Source: an uncultured Bacteroidia bacterium | GTDB taxonomy: Bacteria; Bacteroidota; Bacteroidia; Bacteroidales; CAJPTX01 | Reading direction: 5' to 3' | DNA length: 64,000 bases | Assembly: GCA_963543925.1 (NCBI GenBank) | Contig: CAUUCP010000006.1 | Span: forward strand, 1,776-65,775 | Shown: positions 47,224 through 55,614 of the stretch, one piece after another | How positions within the stretch are numbered: position 1 is the first letter of the stretch | Layout: each line of letters starts with the position of its first letter | Notes under the pieces: model-generated | What the model saw: only the letters and a program-made list of their open reading frames with translations | Database searches by the model: none | What the model was told of the DNA's origin: nothing | Translations under genes and position numbers: made by a program

Positions 47224-50200
47224 ATGAGTGAGGAAATATTAAAAGCGCTAATGCAACTTTTTGCCATTATTGCCAAGCAGGACGAAGGGCTGGGCGATAG
47301 TGAGCGGGAGTATGTAGAGGTGTTCCTCAAACAACAGATTAGCGCAGAAGCGGTAGCGGAGTATCTCGCGTTGTTTGATGGTTATGTCAATGACGATAAG
47401 GGGGGGAATAGTAAACTTACCTCGGTGAGGGATTCTGTACGAATTCTCGGAATCTGCAAAAAAATCAATAAGACCTTGACGCAGAAGCAGAAGGTGGTCG
47501 TGTTGGTACGTTTGTTTGAACTTGTGAGTGTTGAGGGCAAGTTTAGTGAACAACGAATGGCGATTATCAATACTGTCTCTGAAGTCTTTAAAGTAGAGCC
47601 CGAGGAGTTTGAGGATATTGAGGCTTTTGTCTTAAGCAAGGAGTTGACGGCTCTTACCCGTTCCACGATATTGCTCATTCATGCTGCCAAACACGAGACT
47701 CATAGTGATGAGGAAGGTGCGGTGTGTAAAGAAATTCATGTAGAGTCGCTGGATAGACCACTTGCCATTTTGCGTATCCGTTCGGAGGATCTTTATTTTC
47801 TCCGTTATGTCGGGAGTGAAGATCTCTATCTCAATGGTTTACCGATTCATAATCGAAGGATTTACCTCTTCGCCAGTGGAAGTAGTATAAAGCTACCTAA
47901 GGGGAAGCCGATTTATTATACCGATGTCGTTTCCCACTTCATGGCAGATCTTAGCCTGACGCCGATCTCGTACGTGGTGGATGATATCTCCTATAAGTTT
48001 CCAAATGGTGCTCTAGGTCTTCGGAATATCTCTTTCTCGGAAGAACATGGTCGTCTCGTTGGTATTATGGGGGCGAGCGGAGCAGGGAAGACTACGCTAT
48101 TGAATGTTTTGTCTGGCTCGTCTATGCCGTCTGGGGGGCAGGTCAGGATCAATGGACTTGATTTGTACAAGGATGCGGATAGGCTCGAAGGAACTATCGG
48201 GGTAATTCCACAAGACGACCTCTTGATAGAGGAATTGACGGTATTCCAGAATTTGTATTACAGTGCGAAGCTTTGCTTTCGGGATAAAGAAGAGAAGGAA
48301 CTTTGCGAGCTTGTAGATAAAACATTGGCAAGTCTTGGGCTTCTAGAGCGTAAGGATTTGAAGGTAGGTTCGCCTCTCAATAAGATGATCTCTGGGGGGC
48401 AGCGTAAACGTTTGAATATCGCCTTGGAGTTGATTCGAGAACCATCGATCCTCTTTGTCGATGAACCAACTTCGGGGTTGTCATCACGAGACTCCGAGAA
48501 TGTTATGGACTTACTCCGAGAGTTGACTCTGAAGGGGAAACTCATTTTTGTCGTGATACACCAGCCGTCGTCGGAGATCTATAAGATGTTTGACGATATG
48601 CTTATCTTGGATACGGGCGGTTATCTCGTCTACTGGGGTAATCCTGTAGAAGCCGTGATGTATTTTAAGAAGGCTGATGCGCAGGTGAATAGCGATGTAG
48701 GGGAGTGTCCTACGTGTGGAAATGTTAATCCCGAGTTGATATTCAATATCATCGAGTCGCACGTGGTGGATGAGTTCGGACGTTACACCCCTAATCGGAA
48801 GGTACAGCCGCAACGCTGGGAAGAGATCTTTCGAGAACAAAAGCCTAAGGTGCACGTGATGGAGGAGTCTGTCCCTCCACCAAAGTCATTGAATATCCCG
48901 TCCAAACTCAAACAGTTCTTGATTTATACTGCACGTGATTTCCGCTCGAAAATTAGCAATACGCAGTATATCGTGTTGAATCTGTTGGAGACGCCTGTAC
49001 TTGCGTTCATCTTGGCGTATGTGATACGGTATATTCCAGATCCGAATTCATCGGTATATATCTTTAGAGAGAATGAGAATATCCCGATCTATATTTTTAT
49101 GTCGCTGATCGTTGCGCTTTTTATTGGGCTTACGGTGAGCGCAGAAGAAATTTTCAAAGACCGGAAGATTCTTAAGCGAGAGCAGTACCTCAATCTGAGT
49201 AGGACATCTTACCTCTTTAGTAAGATCTTTATCCTATTAGTTTTGTCTGCGATACAAACATTGTCGTTTGTCCTGATTGCGAATAGTATCCTTAGCTTGA
49301 GAGGGTTGAATCTTGAATATTGGTTGATTCTTTTCTCTACCTCGGTTTGTGCTAATCTTATAGGGTTAAATATTTCGGCTACGTTCAATAGTGCGGTCAC
49401 TATTTATATTGTTATCCCATTATTGATGATCCCGATGATGGTGCTCTCTGGTGCAATGTTCTCTTTTGAAAAGTTGAACCGAGCGGTAGGAAGTTTTGAC
49501 AGAGTCCCCTTAATCGCAGAGTTCATGCCTACGAAGTGGGGGTACGAGTCTCTGGTCGTCTTACAGTTTAAGGATAATGAGTTCCAGCGTCATTTCTATG
49601 AACTAGAGAAGGCTGAGCGAAATGCCAATTACAAGACGGTTTACCTCTTGCCAGAGTTACAGAAGCGAATCGAATTTTGTATTGAGAACTGGGATAAGCG
49701 CGACTCGCTGGAGATCGAGCTAAAGTTGCGAGATGCGCTAGGGGTTTTGCATCGGAGTTTGAAACGAGAGCATGAGGTGGAGGCGGCAGAGATACCGTAT
49801 ACCTGTCTCTCTGGCTTGAATTACGATAGTGTGACCGAGGAGGCACTCTACGAAACGGTAGGTTATATAGATCAGTTGCAGGAAAAGTATGCCAAGATCT
49901 TCGGTGAAAAGAATAAGCAGCGGGATGCTATCGTATCTCACTTGATAACGACCAATCCTCAATTGTACGAGGCTAAGCGTGCTGCTTATCATAATGAAAG
50001 TGTGGCGGATCTTGCTCAGAAGGTATTTGAAAAAAATAAGATTCTTCAATTCAAGGATCAGTTGGTACAACAGTATGATCCTGTCTATCGAGACCCGATC
50101 CCTACTTCTGCTTTTGATATCGGATCGCACTTTCTTGCTCCTCGAAAGCATTTTATGGGACATTATTTCGATACCTATTGGTTCGATTTGGTCATCCTTT

Positions 50201-50298
50201 GGCTAATGAGTGCTTTCCTGTACTTGTCTCTACATTTCGAACTGTTAAGACGTATAGGCACTCTTTTTGCCTTTATACAGCGCTTGGTGAAACGATAA
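47224..50298 (+). CDS. ABC-G/ABC-2 type exporter fused to an N-terminal TerB-like domain and an uncharacterised beta-rich domain
   Basis: N-terminal 140 aa are helical and TerB-like (LFAIIAKQDEGLGDSEREYV...). NBD: GASGAGKTTLLNVLSG, ISGGQRKRLNIALEL, LFVDEPTSGLS. Six-TM ABC-2 domain at about aa 590-760, then a soluble tail of about 250 aa and a final TM helix. Confidence 0.8.
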   Translation: MSEEILKALMQLFAIIAKQDEGLGDSEREYVEVFLKQQISAEAVAEYLALFDGYVNDDKGGNSKLTSVRDSVRILGICKKINKTLTQKQKVVVLVRLFELVSVEGKFSEQRMAIINTVSEVFKVEPEEFEDIEAFVLSKELTALTRSTILLIHAAKHETHSDEEGAVCKEIHVESLDRPLAILRIRSEDLYFLRYVGSEDLYLNGLPIHNRRIYLFASGSSIKLPKGKPIYYTDVVSHFMADLSLTPISYVVDDISYKFPNGALGLRNISFSEEHGRLVGIMGASGAGKTTLLNVLSGSSMPSGGQVRINGLDLYKDADRLEGTIGVIPQDDLLIEELTVFQNLYYSAKLCFRDKEEKELCELVDKTLASLGLLERKDLKVGSPLNKMISGGQRKRLNIALELIREPSILFVDEPTSGLSSRDSENVMDLLRELTLKGKLIFVVIHQPSSEIYKMFDDMLILDTGGYLVYWGNPVEAVMYFKKADAQVNSDVGECPTCGNVNPELIFNIIESHVVDEFGRYTPNRKVQPQRWEEIFREQKPKVHVMEESVPPPKSLNIPSKLKQFLIYTARDFRSKISNTQYIVLNLLETPVLAFILAYVIRYIPDPNSSVYIFRENENIPIYIFMSLIVALFIGLTVSAEEIFKDRKILKREQYLNLSRTSYLFSKIFILLVLSAIQTLSFVLIANSILSLRGLNLEYWLILFSTSVCANLIGLNISATFNSAVTIYIVIPLLMIPMMVLSGAMFSFEKLNRAVGSFDRVPLIAEFMPTKWGYESLVVLQFKDNEFQRHFYELEKAERNANYKTVYLLPELQKRIEFCIENWDKRDSLEIELKLRDALGVLHRSLKREHEVEAAEIPYTCLSGLNYDSVTEEALYETVGYIDQLQEKYAKIFGEKNKQRDAIVSHLITTNPQLYEAKRAAYHNESVADLAQKVFEKNKILQFKDQLVQQYDPVYRDPIPTSAFDIGSHFLAPRKHFMGHYFDTYWFDLVILWLMSAFLYLSLHFELLRRIGTLFAFIQRLVKR

Positions 50299-50351
50299 AT
50301 AAGTCTAGGGAATTGTCTCATCTACCTAGCAGTCTAAATAGATTTTACACT

Positions 50352-51278
50352 ATGAGAGTAGAAAGGGTTATGCTGATGGCTTTCGTACTAGCAGGTTTCC
50401 TGCTGGGGGGATGCCAGTGTTCGAGAACGGGACCAGATGTCTCACAAGAGTTTAATATTCCTGATTCTCTAAAAGACCAACCAGAAGTGGAATTGTCGGA
50501 AACGGTGACAGAAAAGATGGTGGAGAATATCTCTTCGCCAGTAGAGACCGCCGCCTTAATAAAGAGGCTTAAAGTGCCCTTTAATAAAGATTTTTTGATT
50601 TCCACGGATGTCGCAGACCACTTGAATACGAACTTTGAGAAGGCGCTTGGATTGGGGCTTTACGGGACGGACTTGGGGTATTTGAACATGTATGAGAAGA
50701 CGTCTTCTGTCTTGAATTACATCTCTTCTGTGAAATCGTTGGCGGATGGAATACAGGTCGGGCAATTCTTTGATTTCTCGACGCTTAAGCGTCTTGCTTC
50801 TAACAATGAGAATTTAGACTCCTTGATCTTTATTTCACAACAAAGCTATAATAAGATAGATCGTTATCTTCGTTCTACGAACCGTGCTTCGCTGAGTGTG
50901 GTGATTATTACGGGGGTATGGATTGAGGGGATGTATCTCTCTACGAGGGTGTCGCAGATTACTAAGAATCGTCGAATGGAGGAAAGTGTAGCTGATCAGA
51001 AGGTCGTGTTAGCAACACTGATCCCGATTCTTCGCGTGTATGAACGAGACCAAGATATCAAAGCCCTTGCAGATCGCTTGGAAAAATTGCGTGTTTACTA
51101 CGATGATATCCGGATTACCTATGAACAAGGAACGCCTGAAACGAAAGTCGTAGATGGAAAGTTGGTGGTAGAACAAAAGGATAAGCAAATTGTAGATTAC
51201 ACACCAGAACTTATGCAGCAGTTGATGAGCGAGATTGTTGCCATTCGAACCGAACTAATAACTTACAAGGGTAACTAA
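50352..51278 (+). CDS. hypothetical helical lipoprotein
   Basis: Lipobox FLLGGC at ATG 50352. The upstream ORF extension overlaps the ABC gene and is rejected. Confidence 0.6.
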   Translation: MRVERVMLMAFVLAGFLLGGCQCSRTGPDVSQEFNIPDSLKDQPEVELSETVTEKMVENISSPVETAALIKRLKVPFNKDFLISTDVADHLNTNFEKALGLGLYGTDLGYLNMYEKTSSVLNYISSVKSLADGIQVGQFFDFSTLKRLASNNENLDSLIFISQQSYNKIDRYLRSTNRASLSVVIITGVWIEGMYLSTRVSQITKNRRMEESVADQKVVLATLIPILRVYERDQDIKALADRLEKLRVYYDDIRITYEQGTPETKVVDGKLVVEQKDKQIVDYTPELMQQLMSEIVAIRTELITYKGN

Positions 51279-51282
51279 CATT

Positions 51283-51726
51283 ATGAAACGCGTTCTATTA
51301 GTGGCAATCGTGCTACTCTCTTTAATATTTGCACCAGGGTTGGCTTTCGGACAATCAGAAGACGAGCTTTTGGATATTTGTGGTGCTTTGGCGGGGTCAG
51401 AGGCTACCTATCTTCGGGATTTCAAGATCCGTTTGGATGCAGCTGATCCAGCTCCTATTCAGCGTTATCCAGTGGTTTTGAAAAAGGGAAATCGCTATCG
51501 TTTTTCTATTGCTAGTTCCAAGGATTTGGAAGGTATTATGAAGTTAGAACTTTTTGATAGCAACCGACTCATGGCGACGACAAACAATCCCGCTACGGGG
51601 GCAGATTACCCGAGTTTCGATTATATCTGTACTAAGACAGGAGCTTATCACCTTTTCTTCTCATTTAAGGATGGAAAGAGTGGTATGGGGGTTGGTGTTC
51701 TTTCGCTTTTAGACGGCGAGAATTGA
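51283..51726 (+). CDS. small secreted hypothetical protein
   Basis: Signal peptide ...APGLAFGQ, beta-rich, 147 aa. Starts 4 nt after the upstream gene. Confidence 0.6.
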   Translation: MKRVLLVAIVLLSLIFAPGLAFGQSEDELLDICGALAGSEATYLRDFKIRLDAADPAPIQRYPVVLKKGNRYRFSIASSKDLEGIMKLELFDSNRLMATTNNPATGADYPSFDYICTKTGAYHLFFSFKDGKSGMGVGVLSLLDGEN

Positions 51727-51751
51727 CCTTGATTTTTATTATTCTACTCCA

Positions 51752-51782
51752 AGCCCTCCGCTTTTAGCGGGGGGCTTTTTTG
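51752..51782 (+). terminator. rho-independent terminator closing the 38.5-51.7 kb block
   Basis: AGCCCTCCGC tttta GCGGGGGGCT followed by T6. Confidence 0.75.
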
Positions 51783-51899
51783 TGGCTTGTTACGCCGTTA
51801 CAATAAGCGAGTTGCGAACGATATGCTATTTAGATAGGATGGGAACATTGCGCAAACACCTCGTATCTTCCCACCCCTCTTTTGGAGTCATTTTTTTTG

Positions 51900-53200
51900 A
51901 AAAATAGACTAGCCCACTAAGAAAAGCTCCTCCTTTTGTGGAGGTTTCTACCTCTCATGAGACCTTTTTCGTAGCTTTTTTCCAAAAAAGGCACAATATG
52001 CTCATTAAATATCTAGCGGAATACGTAGCATCCGTTTCATGTTGTAAGCTAAAGCCTCTAAAATCCCCTGTGTATGTGTGCGTTCCACACCAACATAACG
52101 TGCTCTCCCGCCACCAAACCCTCCACAAAGTAAAGTTGAATACCGCCCGACGTGTGCTCTACAAAACAGCGACGCTTACTAATGGCACGATTCCGAATAC
52201 GTTCCCTTTTAGAAAATTCCTTCCCTTTCACCTTACGACGCATAATCCCATCTCGTAACTTATGTTCTTTCAAACAATTCCGATTAGAAGCACTATCATA
52301 CCCCTTGTCTGCCAGAACGCGTGTCCCCGCGGGAAGTGAGACTTTTTCTAGCAATTTGGGGAATTCTTTGGTATCACTCTGATTGGCTGGTGTCGTGTTC
52401 AGAGCCACCACAAGTCCTCGTTTGTCCGTAAGCACGTGATGCTTATAACCGAAATAATGCTTATTTCCCTTTTTCACGAAGCGTGCTTCATGATCGATTC
52501 CAGAATCGGTGTAACGAAGCTGTTGATAATAGTCACTCTCTTGTTGCTTTTGCGCCTCCGAGCGTTCATCTTCGCGATCTCCTGCTATTTCTAAAACTTT
52601 GGGACAATGGGGTTTACGAGGTGAATTAACAATCGTCGCATCGACTAATGCGTCTGCTTTGATTTGCAAAATGCCGTGCTCCGCGAGCTGTCTATTTAAG
52701 GCATCGAGAAGTTCGTCCCAAAGCTTTAACTGGCTGAGCTCGTTTCGGAAACGACAAATGGTGCTATGATCAGGAGCAGGAGCGCTTAAATCGAGCTCTA
52801 TGAAAGTACTGAATAGGAAAGAGTCGTTGATGCGCTCTTCAGCTTGATAATCACTCAGATGATACCACTCTTCCAAGAGTAGAATCTTGAATAGCAAGAT
52901 GGGGTCGTAGGCGGGATTCCCAATGGCGTTTTTATTCTTTTTGTAGCGTTTGGTGATCGTTTTTCGGAGCTTATCCCAATCGACGCTCTTGTCTATTTTA
53001 TAAAGGAAGTGGTGCGCGAGTTTCTCTCGTCTTTTTTGTGTGCATATTTCCACAAATCCTATTTCTTTCGCTGACTTTGCCTTCATCTTAGCGCCTTTAA
53101 TTATAGCGCTAAGTTACTAAAAATCATTGACATAAACGGTATTTACCGTGCAATAATCCCAGCGGGGGCTATTGGGCGAGGCGCAGCTAGTTGTGATTTG
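51900..53200 (-). mobile_element. IS5-family insertion sequence (ends not resolved)
   Basis: Contains the DDE transposase gene. I could not identify convincing terminal inverted repeats by eye, so the coordinates are approximate. Confidence 0.5.
52058..53086 (-). CDS. IS5-family DDE transposase, C-terminal frameshift (possible pseudogene)
   Basis: AYDPILLFKILLLEEWYHLSD...PDHSTICRFRNEL (InsH-like N-terminus), DATIV, ADKGYDS, RCFVEHT. After about nt 52125 the family-typical C-terminus GGFGGGRARYVGVERTHTQGILEALAYNMKRMLRIPLDI* is readable only in another frame, ending at 52005. Confidence 0.8.
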   Translation of the reverse strand: MKAKSAKEIGFVEICTQKRREKLAHHFLYKIDKSVDWDKLRKTITKRYKKNKNAIGNPAYDPILLFKILLLEEWYHLSDYQAEERINDSFLFSTFIELDLSAPAPDHSTICRFRNELSQLKLWDELLDALNRQLAEHGILQIKADALVDATIVNSPRKPHCPKVLEIAGDREDERSEAQKQQESDYYQQLRYTDSGIDHEARFVKKGNKHYFGYKHHVLTDKRGLVVALNTTPANQSDTKEFPKLLEKVSLPAGTRVLADKGYDSASNRNCLKEHKLRDGIMRRKVKGKEFSKRERIRNRAISKRRCFVEHTSGGIQLYFVEGLVAGEHVMLVWNAHIHRGF

Positions 53201-53247
53201 TAAGAGATTGATAAGGAGAGACTTTGTTCGTAAAATGGTATAAGGTT

Positions 53248-53895
53248 ATGAGAAGTTTTGGACGTCTTTGGGTTATGGTGATGTGTATCATCATTGCGTT
53301 GTCTGCCTGTACAGATGATAAGCAGATTGAGAAGGTTAGAAAAGCAAAGAAAGAGCTAGAGCAAATTGAGGCACAAAAGCGGCAGGAAGAGGAGAAGAAA
53401 AAGGAAGAAGAGCGTAAGAAGCGTGAAGAAGAAGAGAAGAAGCAGAAGGAAGAGCGTAAGAAAAAAGAAGAAGAGGAACGTAAGAAGCGTGAGGAAGAAG
53501 AACAGAAGAAAAAAGAAGAGGAAGAACGCAAGAAGCGCGAAGAAGAAGACAAGAAGAAAGAAGAAGAGGCGAAGTTTAAAGTTCTAGAAGGGGTATACTC
53601 TGGAAAACGGACGTCTACAAGTAAGTACCCGATGGATGAGGTCTTTAATGTAAAGATTGGCTATTCAAAAGAGGATAAGGAGTGGAATGTTACTTTCTCG
53701 TCGGTTGAGATTGAGAAGACTGCAGCCTTAATTACCCAAGAGGAGGATAAACTGATTTTTTATGTGGAGTGGCGGTATAATTATCGTGATTATTCTGCAA
53801 CCCTTCTCTTTACACCGTCCTTGAAAAAATTGAAAATTACAGTGATGTGTAGTGATTCCTATTACAGCTGGACTTACGAAGGTACAAAACAGTAA
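53248..53895 (+). CDS. lipoprotein with long E/K/R-rich predicted single-alpha-helix stalk and C-terminal beta domain
   Basis: Lipobox ALSAC followed by TDD. About 87 aa are almost purely E/K/R/Q (KKEEERKKREEEEKKQKEERKKKEEEERKKREEEEQKKKEEEERKKREEEDKKKEEEAK). Globular C-terminal domain of about 105 aa. Confidence 0.75.
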   Translation: MRSFGRLWVMVMCIIIALSACTDDKQIEKVRKAKKELEQIEAQKRQEEEKKKEEERKKREEEEKKQKEERKKKEEEERKKREEEEQKKKEEEERKKREEEDKKKEEEAKFKVLEGVYSGKRTSTSKYPMDEVFNVKIGYSKEDKEWNVTFSSVEIEKTAALITQEEDKLIFYVEWRYNYRDYSATLLFTPSLKKLKITVMCSDSYYSWTYEGTKQ

Positions 53896-53914
53896 CCCCT
53901 AACACTTTATCACA

Positions 53915-54484
53915 ATGAGAATTTCTTGTAGTTTTTGGTATATCGTAGTTAGTCTCTTGGTATTATTGGCTTCTTGCGATGATAGTAAGAAAGTTGATAG
54001 ACTCATAGAAAAGGAAAAACAAGAGGCGAGACAAAGAGAAGAGGAGCGTAAGAAGCGTGAAGAAGAAGAGAAGAAGCAGAAGGAAGAGCGTAAGAAGAAA
54101 GAGGAAGAGGAACGCAAGAAGCGCGAAGAAGAACAGAAGAAAAAAGAAGAGGAAGAGGTGAAGTTTAAAGTTCTAGAAGGGGTATACTCTGGAAAACGGA
54201 CGTATACAAGAAATCAGTACCAGATAGATGAGGTCTTTAATGTAAAGATTAGCTATCCAGAAGAGGATAAGAAGTGGTATGTTACTTTCTCGTCGGTTAA
54301 GATTGAGCAGACTGCAGCCCTAATTACCCAAGAGGAGGATAAACTGATTTTCTATGTGGAGTGGTATGATCATGGTAAGTATTCAGCAACCCTTCTCTTT
54401 ACACCGTCCTCGAAAAAGTTGAAAATTACAACGACGTGTAGTAGTTCCGATTACAACTGGACTTACGAAGGTACAAAACAGTAA
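53915..54484 (+). CDS. paralogous E/K/R-stalk lipoprotein
   Basis: Lipobox LLASC followed by DDS, and a stalk of about 62 aa. The C-terminal domain is near-identical to 53248..53895 (FKVLEGVYSGKRT...LIFYVEW...NWTYEGTKQ). Confidence 0.75.
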   Translation: MRISCSFWYIVVSLLVLLASCDDSKKVDRLIEKEKQEARQREEERKKREEEEKKQKEERKKKEEEERKKREEEQKKKEEEEVKFKVLEGVYSGKRTYTRNQYQIDEVFNVKISYPEEDKKWYVTFSSVKIEQTAALITQEEDKLIFYVEWYDHGKYSATLLFTPSSKKLKITTTCSSSDYNWTYEGTKQ

Positions 54485-54501
54485 CGTGCAATTTACAATA
54501 A

Positions 54502-54783
54502 ATGAGGAGTTTCATACTCCTATTTTGTATCGCCGCTGGTCTCTTGTTCTTGAATGCTTGTAGTGGAGATAAGGAAATAGAGAAGCTGCGAAAGAATAAA
54601 GAAGAGAAAGAACAGAGACAGAATGAGCAGTGGGAGCGCTTACAATCCCTTAATGAGACGAATAGTAGTGACAGTGCTGTCTTTAGTGCAGATAATGGCA
54701 TCTCTGTTACATGTAAATATTCTTCGGGTATACTGCTCGTATCATCTACTAAGGGGTGGATATTTGAAGGTTCAAAATCTTAA
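54502..54783 (+). CDS. short paralog-like lipoprotein with about 30-aa charged helix
   Basis: Lipobox FLNAC followed by SGDKEIEKLRKNKEEKEQRQNEQWERL. The ending WIFEGSKS echoes WTYEGTKQ. Confidence 0.55.
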   Translation: MRSFILLFCIAAGLLFLNACSGDKEIEKLRKNKEEKEQRQNEQWERLQSLNETNSSDSAVFSADNGISVTCKYSSGILLVSSTKGWIFEGSKS

Positions 54784-54900
54784 CCCCTGTTCATGAGCTA
54801 GAAAGTTCATGCCGAACGAAATAATGGAAAGCGTTTTCAAAAAGGACGTTCTAAGATAGGCGTCCCAGCAGGATAATATTAACTTAATGCAGGTAGAATA

Positions 54901-55614
54901 ATGAGGTATATCAAATTGGGAGTCTTGGCAGCCTTCGCTGCTGTGTTCATGGGGAGCTGCGCCCCTCGAGTCGTAGAACGGATCGTCGAAGTCCCAGCGC
55001 CGCAGACGACTAACAATTCGCGTCGTGGTGCAGATGCGATGGAAGGAATGAGTATCGCAGATCAGGTGGAAGCTGAGGAGCGGCGTCAAGGAGCTGAAAA
55101 GTCGGAAGATTTGAAACGAGAGGGATGGAAGATCGACGATCCCTCAAGAACCCTTCGTATGGCGATCTTACAACACCAAAAAGCTCGGAAAGAAAATCCA
55201 CGCCTCATAGAAATTGTGGGCAATGCCTCCAATTGCAAGACCCTTAATGTCTGCCAAGCGACAGCGCGTCAGAACGCGCAGCTCAACTATGTAGAAAATA
55301 TCTCTGCCAAAATCGAGGGGGGAAGTGTGGGACATATCTTTAGTAAGCAGACGAACGATACCCCAACGGACTCCGAACAAACTACAGATCTTTTTAAGCG
55401 CAAATTTGGTGAAGAGATCGGACGTGCAATGAAGATCAGCTATGGGGTTTATAAGGAAGAACTCGATCAAGACAAGGGGATTCGCTACCAGATTGTCTAC
55501 CTTATCGATCCAGTCCTAAAAAAGTGTCTAAGAATCACTGCAACTGGGGTGAAAAACGTGGAAATACTGCTTTATAATTTCCTTAATTCCCTATCCCAAA
55601 ACAAGCCATGCTAG
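54901..55614 (+). CDS. hypothetical lipoprotein (3' end runs into MITE copy B)
   Basis: Lipobox VFMGSC. The last 36 or so codons (from 55507) are encoded by the repeat element. Confidence 0.6.
   Translation: MRYIKLGVLAAFAAVFMGSCAPRVVERIVEVPAPQTTNNSRRGADAMEGMSIADQVEAEERRQGAEKSEDLKREGWKIDDPSRTLRMAILQHQKARKENPRLIEIVGNASNCKTLNVCQATARQNAQLNYVENISAKIEGGSVGHIFSKQTNDTPTDSEQTTDLFKRKFGEEIGRAMKISYGVYKEELDQDKGIRYQIVYLIDPVLKKCLRITATGVKNVEILLYNFLNSLSQNKPC

Noticed and set aside
47650-48000. FHA domain call for the region preceding the ABC ATPase
   Set aside because: Only a loose ...LNG..I......L..G..I.L resemblance to the C-terminal half of FHA domains is visible. The conserved Gly-Arg and Ser-x-x-His motifs are not evident, so the region is left unassigned.
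51950-53240. Candidate IS termini: CCGTTTCATGT/CCGTTTATGT inverted match (52031/53139) and a 15-nt direct repeat GAGACCTTTTTCGTA/GAGACTTTGTTCGTA (51959/53216)
   Set aside because: The first falls inside the frame-corrected transposase coding region. The second is a direct repeat, not an inverted one, and is far longer than IS5-family target duplications. The true ends remain undetermined.
53187-53587. Ser/Phe-rich - strand ORF (53187..53552) and K/R-rich + strand ORF (53366..53587)
   Set aside because: They are frame and strand artefacts of the GAA/GAG/AAG-rich stalk-coding DNA. Only the 53248 frame has a lipoprotein signal and a conserved paralog. The same applies to 53899..54117 and 54426..54701.
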